Part shown: positions 37,489 through 46,295 of the stretch, piece by piece
Layout: the number at the start of each line of letters is the position of its first letter
Position numbering within the stretch: position 1 is the stretch's first letter
The notes under the pieces: generated by a model
Databases searched by the model: none
The model's input: only the letters and a program-made list of their open reading frames with translations
Told to the model about the DNA's origin: nothing
Assembly: GCA_051866595.1 (NCBI GenBank)
Contig: JBJDXI010000054.1
Coordinates: 1-58,716, forward strand
Length of the DNA: 58,716 nucleotides
Source: Clostridia bacterium
GTDB taxonomy: Bacteria > Bacillota > Dehalobacteriia > UBA7702
Direction of reading: 5' to 3'
Program-made: the position numbers and the translations under genes

Positions 37489-38274
37489 GTTTTTCCTGAG
37501 CTTTCGCTGATGATCAAAGGCGATGATCCCCGCGGCCATGGCCACATTCAAGGATTCCACACCGTTCATCATCGGAATCATTACGCCGGGAAATCCCTTA
37601 TCACGCCAGTCCTTACTGATGCCGTTGCCTTCATTACCCAGAACCACCGCGACAGGTTCATCAATGGGAAGGTCCTCATAGGAAACGGCCTCACACAGAT
37701 CGGCAAGATAAACTTTCACCTTCCGTTCTTTCAGAATATCAAGAATCTTTTCATGAGACAGTCCCTGAAATACCGGGATTTTCGCAATCGTACCCATGGT
37801 GGAGCGGATGACTTTGGGATTATAAAGATCCACGCATCCTTCTTCCATCAGAATGGCGGAAACGCCGGCCGCCGCGGCGCTGCGGATGATCGTTCCCAGA
37901 TTTCCGGGATCGGATACGCCGTTCAGAATCAGCATCAGATCATGTTTTTTCGGTGCGTAAGAATCCGGTTCCGGACAGAAAACAGGAAAAACGGCGAGAA
38001 TTCCCTGATCGTTCTGGGTCTCCGCGATTTTTCCGAATAATGAACGGGACACGGCGAAAACATGATCAGCGGACAGGGAGATTTTTTCAAGAAAAGCCAC
38101 ATCGTCAAAATCCTCGGCGTACAGCAGCAAATGCGGTGCCAATGAGGATGACACCAGATCTTCGGTGAGCCTTTTCCCTTCCGCGAGAAACATTCCGTAT
38201 TTTTCCCGGTATTTCTTTTTCTTCAGTTCATTAATCAAACGGATATATTGATTGTCTTTGGACGTAATTAGCAT
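37480..38274 (-). CDS. TrmH/SpoU-family RNA 2'-O-methyltransferase (YsgA/RlmB-like)
   Basis: 264 aa with an N-terminal substrate-binding domain and SpoU motifs (NGVSDPGNLGTIIRSA, VVLGNEGNGIS, IPMMNGVESLNVAMAAGI). It lies upstream of pheS, as ysgA does in B. subtilis. Confidence 0.88.
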   Translation of the reverse strand: MLITSKDNQYIRLINELKKKKYREKYGMFLAEGKRLTEDLVSSSLAPHLLLYAEDFDDVAFLEKISLSADHVFAVSRSLFGKIAETQNDQGILAVFPVFCPEPDSYAPKKHDLMLILNGVSDPGNLGTIIRSAAAAGVSAILMEEGCVDLYNPKVIRSTMGTIAKIPVFQGLSHEKILDILKERKVKVYLADLCEAVSYEDLPIDEPVAVVLGNEGNGISKDWRDKGFPGVMIPMMNGVESLNVAMAAGIIAFDHQRKLRKNLK

Positions 38275-38278
38275 TATT

Positions 38279-39100
38279 TCAACCTCTGTTTTTCAGAAAC
38301 CCGATCAGTGAAAAAATTACAAAACAGATGATATTTACCACCACAACACTAGCGCCGGTAGGCGTCGCGAAAAGATAAGATACGGTCAGACCGATAAAGA
38401 AGCAGAAAACAGATACCAACGCCGAAATGATAACAACGGAATGAAAGCGCTTGCAGACCCGCATCGAGGTCAACGCCGGGAAAATCACCAGCGCAGATAT
38501 GAGCAGAGCCCCCATCATGCGCATCCCCAGAACGATGGTAATGGCTGTTAAAAAAGCAATGAGCATATTATAACGGCCCACATGAATCCCGGTGGCCTTG
38601 GCGAAGTCCTCATCAAAGGTCACCGCAAAAATCTTATGGTAGCATACAATAAACAAAATCAGCACCACCGCAGAAAGAGCGGCGCTCATCAGAACATCGG
38701 CGTTGCTCATCGCCAGAATACTGCCGAACATATAACCGTAAACGTCACTGTTCATCCCCTTGGAGAGAGAAATGGCCATAATCCCGATGGCCAGAGAGGA
38801 AGTGGAAATCAGCGCGATAGCGGAATCCCCTTTGATGTGGCTGTTTTCACTGACCCGCAGCAACAGGAAGGCGGCGATAATCACCACCGGTATGGCCACG
38901 GCTAACGGCGCCCAGTTCATCGCCATGGCCACGGCCAAGGCTCCGAAACCAACATGGGAAAGACCGTCTCCGATCATGGAGTAACGTTTCAGAACAAGGC
39001 TTACGCCCAGCAAGGCCGAGCAAAGGGATACGAGCAAACCGACAATGAGGGCCCGGAGGATGAAAGTATAGGAAAACATCGACGCTATCAGATCAAACAT
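38279..39100 (-). CDS. znuB: metal (zinc-type) ABC transporter permease, ABC-3 family
   Basis: Polytopic ABC-3 permease. Start set at ATG 39100 (MFDLIAS), which forms an 8-nt overlap with the ATPase stop. Confidence 0.85.
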   Translation of the reverse strand: MFDLIASMFSYTFILRALIVGLLVSLCSALLGVSLVLKRYSMIGDGLSHVGFGALAVAMAMNWAPLAVAIPVVIIAAFLLLRVSENSHIKGDSAIALISTSSLAIGIMAISLSKGMNSDVYGYMFGSILAMSNADVLMSAALSAVVLILFIVCYHKIFAVTFDEDFAKATGIHVGRYNMLIAFLTAITIVLGMRMMGALLISALVIFPALTSMRVCKRFHSVVIISALVSVFCFFIGLTVSYLFATPTGASVVVVNIICFVIFSLIGFLKNRG

Positions 39101-39803
39101 GAATTTCTCCTCCCAAAAAATGTTTTGCCGCGTCACTGCGGAGATACTCTTCCGTGGTTCCCCAGAATACGGAATCATGATCCAGATGGAGGATCTTATT
39201 CGCGTTTCTCAGCGCGAAATGGAGATCATGAGAAACCATAATCACCGTCATGCCCATTGTTTTGTTGATATGGGAAATCAGCCCGTAAAATTCCTCCGTT
39301 ACCAAAGGATCCAGACCTGTAACCGGTTCGTCCAGAAAGAGCAGCGTTCCCGCGGCGCAAAGCGCCCGGGCCAGCAAAACACGTTGGCGCTGACCGCCGG
39401 AAAGATCGCGAAAACAGCGGTTTTTCAATTCCGTAATATGCAGCGCTTCCATGGCCGCCTTCGCTTTTTCTTTCTGGGCACCGCGGTAAAACGGAAAGAG
39501 ACCGCCCTGATTCAGCGAACCGGAGAGAACAACCTCCATGACGCCGGCGGGGAAATCTTTCTGTATCGGTGTTTGCTGCGGCAGATAACCGATTTCCTTC
39601 CGGGTAAGCCCTTCTCCGAACTCTATTTTGCCGCTTTTATGGGGTTTCAGTCCAAGAAGGCCCTTCATCAGCGTACTTTTGCCGGAGCCGTTTTCACCGA
39701 CAATGCAGAGATAATCGCCTTTCTCCACCGAAAAAGAAATGTTTTTCACAACATCCTTTCCTTCATAGGAAAAAGTCAGATCCTCACATAAAATCAATGA
39801 CAT
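39093..39803 (-). CDS. znuC: metal (zinc-type) ABC transporter ATP-binding protein
   Basis: 236 aa with Walker A GENGSGKST, signature LSGGQRQR and Walker B LLFLDEP. Confidence 0.9.
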   Translation of the reverse strand: MSLILCEDLTFSYEGKDVVKNISFSVEKGDYLCIVGENGSGKSTLMKGLLGLKPHKSGKIEFGEGLTRKEIGYLPQQTPIQKDFPAGVMEVVLSGSLNQGGLFPFYRGAQKEKAKAAMEALHITELKNRCFRDLSGGQRQRVLLARALCAAGTLLFLDEPVTGLDPLVTEEFYGLISHINKTMGMTVIMVSHDLHFALRNANKILHLDHDSVFWGTTEEYLRSDAAKHFLGGEIHV

Positions 39804-40759
39804 CCCTTTAACGCCTCCTTTAACACTGCCAGATTTTTTTCCATTAAGGTAACGTAGGTTTCCCCGTTTTCAAAATCTTCGGCGGGAATATTGTGGCAGG
39901 CATAAAGAGACAGAACTTTACTGCCGGTTTCTTCCGCAATGGCCGAAGCGATATTATCGTTACTCATTTTTTCTTTTAAAATGACCGGAATTTTTTCTTC
40001 CCGGCCTTTATCAATAAGAAAGGCGATGGTGGCCGCGTTGGGCTCCGTTTCCGAAGAACAGCCCGGAAAAGCCGCGTAATAATCCAAACCGTATTCTCTC
40101 ACAAAATAGAGAAAAGGAAACCGGTCACCGAAAAGAAGGACTTTATGTTCACTTTCATCCACCACTTCCCGGAAAGCCTGATCCAGCGTTGTCAGTTCCT
40201 CCACATAACGGTCGGCGTTTTCATGGTAATATCCGGCGTTTTCCGGGTCCAGAGCGCAAACCTCTTTTTCAATGGCCCGGACAATCACAACCGCGTTTTT
40301 CGGAGAAGTCCATACATGCTCATCGTATTCGGTTTCGTGACCCTCTTCTTCATGTTCCTCGTGGCCCCGGGATTCCATCATGCCGGCCTTTGACTCTTCC
40401 TCATACAAAGAGACACAATCCATCAAAGAAAGGACGTTCATGGAGCCGGTATCCATGGAAGACAGCAGATTCCGGACCCAGTCATCGGATTCTCCGCCGA
40501 CATAAAGAAAAAGATCGCTGTTTTCCACATCAATAATGTCCGCCGGCGTCGGATCAAAGGAGTGCGTTTCTTCTCCAGGGGAGAGCAGCATGGTTACGGT
40601 TCCTTTGTCACCGATCACCGCCCGGGCAAAGTCATAACCGGGAAACGTCGTCGAAACCACCGCCAATCCGATAGTTTCCTCCGCTGTTTCCGAAGGGGTC
40701 TGGCATCCGGAAAACAAAAATGCGCCGATTAAAATCAAAGCCAAAAAATAACGTTTCAT
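39794..40759 (-). CDS. znuA: metal ABC transporter substrate-binding lipoprotein (cluster A-I, His-rich loop, zinc-type)
   Basis: Signal peptide with lipobox LFSGC and a ZnuA/AdcA-type fold. The acidic/His-rich loop RGHEEHEEEGHETEYDEH is typical of zinc-specific members. Co-operonic with a Fur-family gene. Confidence 0.85.
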   Translation of the reverse strand: MKRYFLALILIGAFLFSGCQTPSETAEETIGLAVVSTTFPGYDFARAVIGDKGTVTMLLSPGEETHSFDPTPADIIDVENSDLFLYVGGESDDWVRNLLSSMDTGSMNVLSLMDCVSLYEEESKAGMMESRGHEEHEEEGHETEYDEHVWTSPKNAVVIVRAIEKEVCALDPENAGYYHENADRYVEELTTLDQAFREVVDESEHKVLLFGDRFPFLYFVREYGLDYYAAFPGCSSETEPNAATIAFLIDKGREEKIPVILKEKMSNDNIASAIAEETGSKVLSLYACHNIPAEDFENGETYVTLMEKNLAVLKEALKGCH

Positions 40760-41163
40760 TTTTCCTCCGCGCAGTTTTTACAGATGCCGTAAAAAACCGT
40801 TTTCATGGAATTCACGGTGAAGCCGTGATCTCTCAGAATATGATCTCCCAATGTATCCAAGGTTTTACATTCCAGATGAATCAATTTACCGCATTTTTCA
40901 CATTTTAGATGATAATGCTGACAACAGTGCTCCGCGGTATCTCCCACATACTGAAAACAGGCGCCGGCCTTTCCATCCACGATGAACTTGCGGACGAGAC
41001 CGTTTTTTTCCAGTTTTTCAAGATGGCGGTAGATCGTCGCGACGCTGACCGGATGCCCCTGGTCCTCCAGATACCGGCTGATCATCGGCACATTGACATG
41101 AGCGCCCTGATAATATGCAAGACAGGAAAGAATTTCCTGGCTTTGTTTTGTTTTATAGGTCAC
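40756..41163 (-). CDS. zur: Fur-family metalloregulator, probably Zur
   Basis: 135 aa with a winged-helix N-terminus. Metal sites are HCCQHYHLKCEKCG and a C-terminal CKNC. It is the first gene of the znuACB operon, with a 4-nt overlap with znuA. Confidence 0.8.
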   Translation of the reverse strand: MTYKTKQSQEILSCLAYYQGAHVNVPMISRYLEDQGHPVSVATIYRHLEKLEKNGLVRKFIVDGKAGACFQYVGDTAEHCCQHYHLKCEKCGKLIHLECKTLDTLGDHILRDHGFTVNSMKTVFYGICKNCAEEK

Positions 41164-41183
41164 AGACTCACCTCATTTCAATT

Positions 41184-41198
41184 TGAAAACCATTATCA
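41184..41198 (-). promoter_or_regulatory. candidate Fur-family (Zur) 7-1-7 operator, box 1
   Basis: Minus strand TGATAAT-G-GTTTTCA matches 12/14 positions of the TGATAAT-n-ATTATCA Fur-family core. It abuts the -10 element of the zur promoter. Confidence 0.45.
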
Positions 41199-41226
41199 TA
41201 TTACCATAAATGGAAATATCCGTCAA
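41198..41226 (-). promoter_or_regulatory. sigma-A promoter of zur-znuACB
   Basis: Minus strand reads TTGACG (41226-41221), a 17-nt spacer, then TAATAT (41203-41198). It lies about 35 nt upstream of the zur ATG. Confidence 0.55.
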
Positions 41227-41232
41227 TAAAAA

Positions 41233-41247
41233 TGAGAATCAATTTCA
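41233..41247 (-). promoter_or_regulatory. candidate Fur-family (Zur) 7-1-7 operator, box 2
   Basis: TGAGAAT-C-AATTTCA matches 11/14 positions of the 7-1-7 core. It lies just upstream of the -35 element. Confidence 0.35.
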
Positions 41248-41305
41248 AAATCAACGATATATACATGAATCTTGTGAAATAAATACATATTTTATACAAA
41301 TTCAT

Positions 41306-41334
41306 TTGACATTCCGACGGTTATTGACTATAAT
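41306..41334 (+). promoter_or_regulatory. consensus sigma-A promoter of the NSS transporter operon
   Basis: TTGACA (41306-41311), a 17-nt spacer, then TATAAT (41329-41334). Both hexamers are perfect. Confidence 0.75.
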
Positions 41335-41429
41335 TGTCATGTTATTTATATTTTTTATTTATTTGTATACGGTAAAATGCAGGTTGAGGCCAAGCGATGC
41401 ATGCATTTACCGGCAAGGGAGGTATTGTT

Positions 41430-42935
41430 TTGAGAGATCAATGGAATTCGAAAATCGGCTTTATTCTGGCTGCAATCGGTTCCGCCGTCGGTTTGGGAAA
41501 CATTTGGCGATTCCCATATATCGCGGCGACCAACGGCGGCGGGGCATTTCTGCTCCCCTACTTCTTTGTTATCCTTACCGCAGGTATTCCCATCCTGATT
41601 CTGGAATACACCATCGGTAAAACCTACAAAGGCGGCGCCGGCGCAGCTTTTGCCCGACTGAACAAACGCTTTGAATGGCTCGGCTGGTGGCAGACTTTCT
41701 GCGCGTTCATCATCAGTATTTATTACACTGCCATCGTCATCTGGGTTCTCTGCTACATCGGGTTCTCCTTTAACATGAGCTGGGGCGCGGATCCCACCGG
41801 ATTCTTCGTAAACTTCCTTGGCTTATCCGAATCCGCTCATCAGCTCGGCGGCATCCAGACACATCTTCTGATCCCCTTCTTTATTATCTGGGCCATTGTC
41901 GCATTCATCCTTTACCGCGGCATCAACCGCGGCATCAACATGGCTTGCAAAATCTGCCTGCCGATCCTCGTGGTCATGATCGTGATCCTGGTTATCCGCG
42001 GCCTCACCTTGCCCGGTGCCGTTGACGGTCTTGCCTATATGTTCACTCCCGATTGGAGTGCACTGAAAAATCCCAGCGTCTGGGTGTCCGCTTACGGACA
42101 GGTCTTCTTCAGTCTTTCGATCTGTTTCGGTATCATGCTGGCCTATTCCAGTTACCTGCCTAAGAAAACCGATGTGGTCAACACGGCTTTCATCACGGCC
42201 ACGGCCAACCATGGTTTTGAAATCTTCGCCGGCATCGGCGTTTTCAGCATCATGGGTTACATGGCTTTCGCTCAGGGCGTTGATATTTCCGAAGTTGCCG
42301 GCGCAGGCGTCGGTCTGGCATTCATGACCTTCCCCACCGCCATCAGCACACTTCCCGGGTTAAACGCTTTCTTCGGTCTCTGCTTCTTCGGCGCTCTGTT
42401 CACCGCCGGTGTCACCTCGGAAATTTCCATTTTCCAGGCTGTTATTTCCAGTATTGAAGACAAATTCGCACTGAATCATAAAAAAGCATGCACCATCGTG
42501 CTGGTTCCCTCTTTCCTGATCAGCTTCCTGTTCATCACCGGCGCCGGTCTGAACATCCTGGATATTGTCGACCACTTCATCAATAACATCGGCATTGCTG
42601 CCGCCGGCTTCCTCGAAGTTGTTCTGATCGGCTGGTTCTTCAATATGGAAAAAATCCGCAAAGAAGCCAACTCCTTCTCCAATTTCAGCATCGGCAAATG
42701 GTGGATCTACGCCATTAAGATCGTTACCGTGATCGGTCTCGGCATTATGACCATCCTGAATGGCTACAACATCATTCATTCCGGTTACGGCGGCTACATG
42801 TCTCTTGATATCAACATTTTCGGTTGGGGTATGCTGGCTGTCGGCGTCGTCGTTACCATTATTCTCACGGCGATTCGCGGCAAAGAAGGTTACCGCAATA
42901 TTCCCGAAGAAACAAATGTAAAGGAGGCTGAATAA
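41430..42935 (+). CDS. sodium-dependent transporter, neurotransmitter:sodium symporter family (SNF, PF00209)
   Basis: N-terminal NSS signature is WNSKIGFILAAIGSAVGLGNIWRFPY, followed by about 11-12 TM segments. Start set at TTG 41430, 7 nt after AGGGAGG. The upstream ATG at 41397 has no SD and lies inside a leader hairpin. Confidence 0.9.
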   Translation: MRDQWNSKIGFILAAIGSAVGLGNIWRFPYIAATNGGGAFLLPYFFVILTAGIPILILEYTIGKTYKGGAGAAFARLNKRFEWLGWWQTFCAFIISIYYTAIVIWVLCYIGFSFNMSWGADPTGFFVNFLGLSESAHQLGGIQTHLLIPFFIIWAIVAFILYRGINRGINMACKICLPILVVMIVILVIRGLTLPGAVDGLAYMFTPDWSALKNPSVWVSAYGQVFFSLSICFGIMLAYSSYLPKKTDVVNTAFITATANHGFEIFAGIGVFSIMGYMAFAQGVDISEVAGAGVGLAFMTFPTAISTLPGLNAFFGLCFFGALFTAGVTSEISIFQAVISSIEDKFALNHKKACTIVLVPSFLISFLFITGAGLNILDIVDHFINNIGIAAAGFLEVVLIGWFFNMEKIRKEANSFSNFSIGKWWIYAIKIVTVIGLGIMTILNGYNIIHSGYGGYMSLDINIFGWGMLAVGVVVTIILTAIRGKEGYRNIPEETNVKEAE

Positions 42936-42936
42936 T

Positions 42937-43056
42937 ATGCCGACAAGCGCTATTGTTATGATGATCATCGGCTGCGGCGGTCTCTGGGGCGGTTTTATCG
43001 TTGCTTGTCTCATCGCCTTAAAGCACAACAAAAAGAACAATGAAAATCAGGAATAA
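42937..43056 (+). CDS. 39-aa single-TM small subunit, MetS-like (methionine/alanine importer small subunit family)
   Basis: Not in the ORF track because it is under 60 aa. The sequence is MPTSAIVMMIIGCGGLWGGFIVACLIALKHNKKNNENQE. AAGGAGG lies 9 nt upstream, inside the last NSS codons. The ATG follows 1 nt after the NSS stop, and the operon terminator follows the ORF. Confidence 0.6.
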   Translation: MPTSAIVMMIIGCGGLWGGFIVACLIALKHNKKNNENQE

Positions 43057-43074
43057 TCGTTCCTTATAAACATC

Positions 43075-43110
43075 AACCCCGGTTTGCGTTACTGCAAACC
43101 GGGGTTTTTT
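43075..43110. terminator. intrinsic terminator between convergent operons
   Basis: Perfect 13-bp stem AACCCCGGTTTGC / GCAAACCGGGGTT with a 6-nt loop. T6 follows on the plus strand, and an A-tract flanks it on the side facing the minus-strand permease gene. Confidence 0.85.
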
Positions 43111-43118
43111 CATGGAAA

Positions 43119-45581
43119 TTATTCTCCGTGACGGATCCGATCGATCAGGCTTTCCCTGCGGATTCTCCGCTGGATCAGACGGGAGCAAACGATCTGACCA
43201 ATAATAAAGACAGCGACCAGTCCCACCGTTTCCCAAAGAGGATAATGATATTGACTGATGCTCATCATATGAGAAGACTTTGCCCAAAGGAACAGCATAT
43301 AGCCGAAGAAATTGCCCGCCGTCAGCGCGGCAATGAGCGAACCGACGGTAAATACCATCCCTTCGCAATCGAGCATCTTTCTCAGCTGGCGATCTGAAAG
43401 ACCGATGGCCTGCAGCACGCCGATCTCACGCTTTCTCGTAATGATGCTCGTAATCATGGTATTGATCAGGTTCATAAAACTGATGATCGCCACCATACCG
43501 AGGATCAGGTACATGGGATACTTAATGATATTGACGGCAGTCTGACCGATTTTCATTTCCTCATCCAAGGAATACAACGCGAAAAATTCGTTTTCGGCGG
43601 TTATTTCCGTGAGATAAGACTTTAATCCGTCATACTGCGGTTCCGATACATAAATATTGAAATCGGTTACCGCGTTGCTTTCAAGACCAAGATTCCGGAA
43701 AACCTCCTCGGGGACGAGGAAATAACTGCTGCCGCCGGCATCCACACTTCCCGTGACCTTAATCGTCAGCGGGATCTGTCGATCTCCGTCGTACACAACA
43801 AGATCAAGGGTATCGCCGATTTTCAGACCGTATTGATCCATAAAGGTATCGGAAGTAAAAATCGCCCCGTTTTCCGCCGTCATGGCTTCGTAATCCAAGG
43901 TGCCCCGCTTGATTTCCTTTTTATAATCCTTCGCGTCTTCTTTGGAAAAACAGGAGAGATCCACGCGCTTGCCGTCTTCAAATAGTTCCGAGGAAAAATC
44001 CGAACCGACCAGAACGCTCTCGCAGACAGTGATTTTCTCAACGCCGGAGAGTGCTTTCAACTCCGCCATCAGCTCATCGTTCAAGGGATTATTCTGCTGA
44101 ATGCGGTCGAGATTGGTTTCCGGATACTCCTTATCGTTCCAGTTGCAGTCGATGTACAGCCGGAAGTCCCCTTCCGGCACTTCCCTTCTGGCAATATCTT
44201 CCGCTCTCGCGCTGTTCAGCATAGCGGCGAAGCTCAGAAACAGAACACAGCTCAGTCCCATCGTAACCATCGTCACCACCGTGCGTTTTTTATTGCGCCG
44301 CAGATTTGCCGACGTCAGACGCCACAGCGTTACCGAACGATGCTTTTGGCTTCCTTTGATTTTCAACGGCACTTTGCTTTCCTGATAACGAATCGCCTCA
44401 ATGGGAGAAATTTTGGACGCCATTTGCATGGGACGCAGCAAGGAAATGACCACCGTCAATAAAACAGCGACGATGACCAGTAGGATCACAACAGGGGAAA
44501 GCATTTGCAGATGCTCAACGGAAACATCCGGAGAAAAGCTATCGGAAAGTTTTCCGAAAATCAACGGGAGGAAAATCCGGGGAATCAGATATCCGATAAG
44601 CATCCCCGGAGGAAGGGCGAAAGCGGAAACGATGATCCCTTCCGTCAGAAGCATTTTCCGGATCTGTTTCCCGGTAGCTCCCAGCGCCTTCAATTTCCCG
44701 ATCTCGCGGACATCGGTAATGACCGAAACATAATAGATGCTGTAAATCACCAGACCGGAAAAAAGAACGATCAGAAGCGTGATAAAGGCAACGATGGCGG
44801 TCATTTCCGAACCGGGATCGGTCATCACATAAAGATAATCGTTATTATAAGTGATACTGTTTTCATCACAACCGATATCCGCGGCAATCTGGCCGATCAC
44901 ATCCCTTATCTCATCGTAATTCAGATCCTTTTCACCGTAAACGCGCAGATTGGCATAATAGGATCTCTGATCCTCGGAGAAATATTCCCGGATCATAGAT
45001 TCGGAAATTTCAGCACTGTAGGCGATATGAGCATCGCTGACATCGAGCTTTGAATAATCTGTTCCAGATAGAATCCCGCAGATCACAAATTCCCGGGTCT
45101 GAATAATTCCCTCACCGCCGGGACGGAAAGATAAGGTAAAGCGATTGCCCACAGACGGTTCCACACCGATCCGCTCGAAAAAGGCTTTGGGAGCGCTGAT
45201 TTCATTATCACTCTGAGGCGTGCGGCCTTCGATGAGATTACCGGTTCCGTGATAAATGCCGTCTTTCAGCGACTGCCTAAAAGTCAGATAGCCGTTGATT
45301 TTTCCGTATTCCACCGTTGCGAAAATCTCATCGGTCTCCAGAGCTTCCACTTCCTTGTGATTTTTCAATACAGCGACCTGCTGATTGTTCAGATTTCTGA
45401 ACACGGCGTGAATATTGTTTTCCGCCATAGCCTCCCGTCGGTTCAGATCCATCAGACCCATCACCGTTGTACCGAGACCCATCAGTAAAACAGTCATCAG
45501 GAGAATGGCGATCACCGTCAGCAAAGTACGGCTCTTTTGATGACGGATGCGGCTTAATGCGAGTTTTCTTTCGGAAACCAT
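43119..45581 (-). CDS. ABC transporter permease with two FtsX-type domains (MacB/BceB-like, 820 aa)
   Basis: An N-terminal TM is followed by a large extracytoplasmic domain and a 3-TM FtsX module (GKLKALGATGKQIRKM). The architecture then repeats (VLQAIGLSDRQLRKML). It sits immediately after its ATPase gene. Confidence 0.85.
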   Translation of the reverse strand: MVSERKLALSRIRHQKSRTLLTVIAILLMTVLLMGLGTTVMGLMDLNRREAMAENNIHAVFRNLNNQQVAVLKNHKEVEALETDEIFATVEYGKINGYLTFRQSLKDGIYHGTGNLIEGRTPQSDNEISAPKAFFERIGVEPSVGNRFTLSFRPGGEGIIQTREFVICGILSGTDYSKLDVSDAHIAYSAEISESMIREYFSEDQRSYYANLRVYGEKDLNYDEIRDVIGQIAADIGCDENSITYNNDYLYVMTDPGSEMTAIVAFITLLIVLFSGLVIYSIYYVSVITDVREIGKLKALGATGKQIRKMLLTEGIIVSAFALPPGMLIGYLIPRIFLPLIFGKLSDSFSPDVSVEHLQMLSPVVILLVIVAVLLTVVISLLRPMQMASKISPIEAIRYQESKVPLKIKGSQKHRSVTLWRLTSANLRRNKKRTVVTMVTMGLSCVLFLSFAAMLNSARAEDIARREVPEGDFRLYIDCNWNDKEYPETNLDRIQQNNPLNDELMAELKALSGVEKITVCESVLVGSDFSSELFEDGKRVDLSCFSKEDAKDYKKEIKRGTLDYEAMTAENGAIFTSDTFMDQYGLKIGDTLDLVVYDGDRQIPLTIKVTGSVDAGGSSYFLVPEEVFRNLGLESNAVTDFNIYVSEPQYDGLKSYLTEITAENEFFALYSLDEEMKIGQTAVNIIKYPMYLILGMVAIISFMNLINTMITSIITRKREIGVLQAIGLSDRQLRKMLDCEGMVFTVGSLIAALTAGNFFGYMLFLWAKSSHMMSISQYHYPLWETVGLVAVFIIGQIVCSRLIQRRIRRESLIDRIRHGE

Positions 45582-46250
45582 TTATCTCACCACCCGACCG
45601 TCTTCAATTACAATGGTGTGATCCGCCATCTGGGCAATATCCTCATCATGGGTGATCACCACCAGCGTCTGCCCGTATTTCTTCGCCGACAGTTTTAAAA
45701 GAGCAATGACCTCATCACCGGTCTGGGAATCGAGATTGCCCGTAGGTTCATCGGCAAGAATCACCGAAGGTTTGGCGGCAATGGCCCGGGCGATGGCGGT
45801 TCTCTGCCGTTGACCGCAGGAAAGCGTGTTTGGCAGATTTCCGGTTTTAGCTTCCATACCGAGGGTTTTTATAATATCCGCCACATATTTTTCGTCCACA
45901 CGACGGTGATCCAGTCCCAGCGGCAGGACAATATTCTCCCAGACCGTCAATGACGGCACAAGATTGAAATCCTGAAAAATGAAGCCGATTTCCCGGCGGC
46001 GAATCACCGCCAGTTCTTCCCCGGAAAGATTGGAAATCTTTTGCTCATTGATCCATACCTCACCGGAAGTGGGCGTATCCAGCGCGCCGAGCAAATGGAG
46101 AAGCGTTGATTTGCCGCTGCCTGATTTCCCCACAATGGAAAGAAACATTCCCTGAGGAATCTCAAGATCCACATGATCCACGGCTTTTACCTGATTTTCG
46201 CCGGAACCGTAATATTTGCAGAGATTTTTTGTTTTTAAAACGGTTTTCAT
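45582..46250 (-). CDS. ABC transporter ATP-binding protein (MacB/LolD/BceA type)
   Basis: 222 aa with Walker A GKSGSGKST, signature LSCGQRQR and Walker B ILADEPTGNLD. AAGGAGG lies upstream. Confidence 0.92.
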   Translation of the reverse strand: MKTVLKTKNLCKYYGSGENQVKAVDHVDLEIPQGMFLSIVGKSGSGKSTLLHLLGALDTPTSGEVWINEQKISNLSGEELAVIRRREIGFIFQDFNLVPSLTVWENIVLPLGLDHRRVDEKYVADIIKTLGMEAKTGNLPNTLSCGQRQRTAIARAIAAKPSVILADEPTGNLDSQTGDEVIALLKLSAKKYGQTLVVITHDEDIAQMADHTIVIEDGRVVR

Positions 46251-46295
46251 AATGAGTACCTCCTTACGTCATGTATTCATTATAAATCCGGTTTC

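Noticed and set aside
41397-41429. ATG 41397 as the start of the NSS transporter
   Set aside because: There is no SD upstream and the ATG sits in the loop-proximal arm of the leader hairpin. TTG 41430 is 7 nt after AGGGAGG and gives the typical NSS N-terminus. The ATG cannot be fully excluded.
42360-43040. 226-aa minus-strand ORF antisense to the NSS gene, and a 116-aa ORF at 43018-43368
   Set aside because: These are shadow ORFs overlapping confidently assigned genes and the intergenic terminator. They have no start context or motifs.
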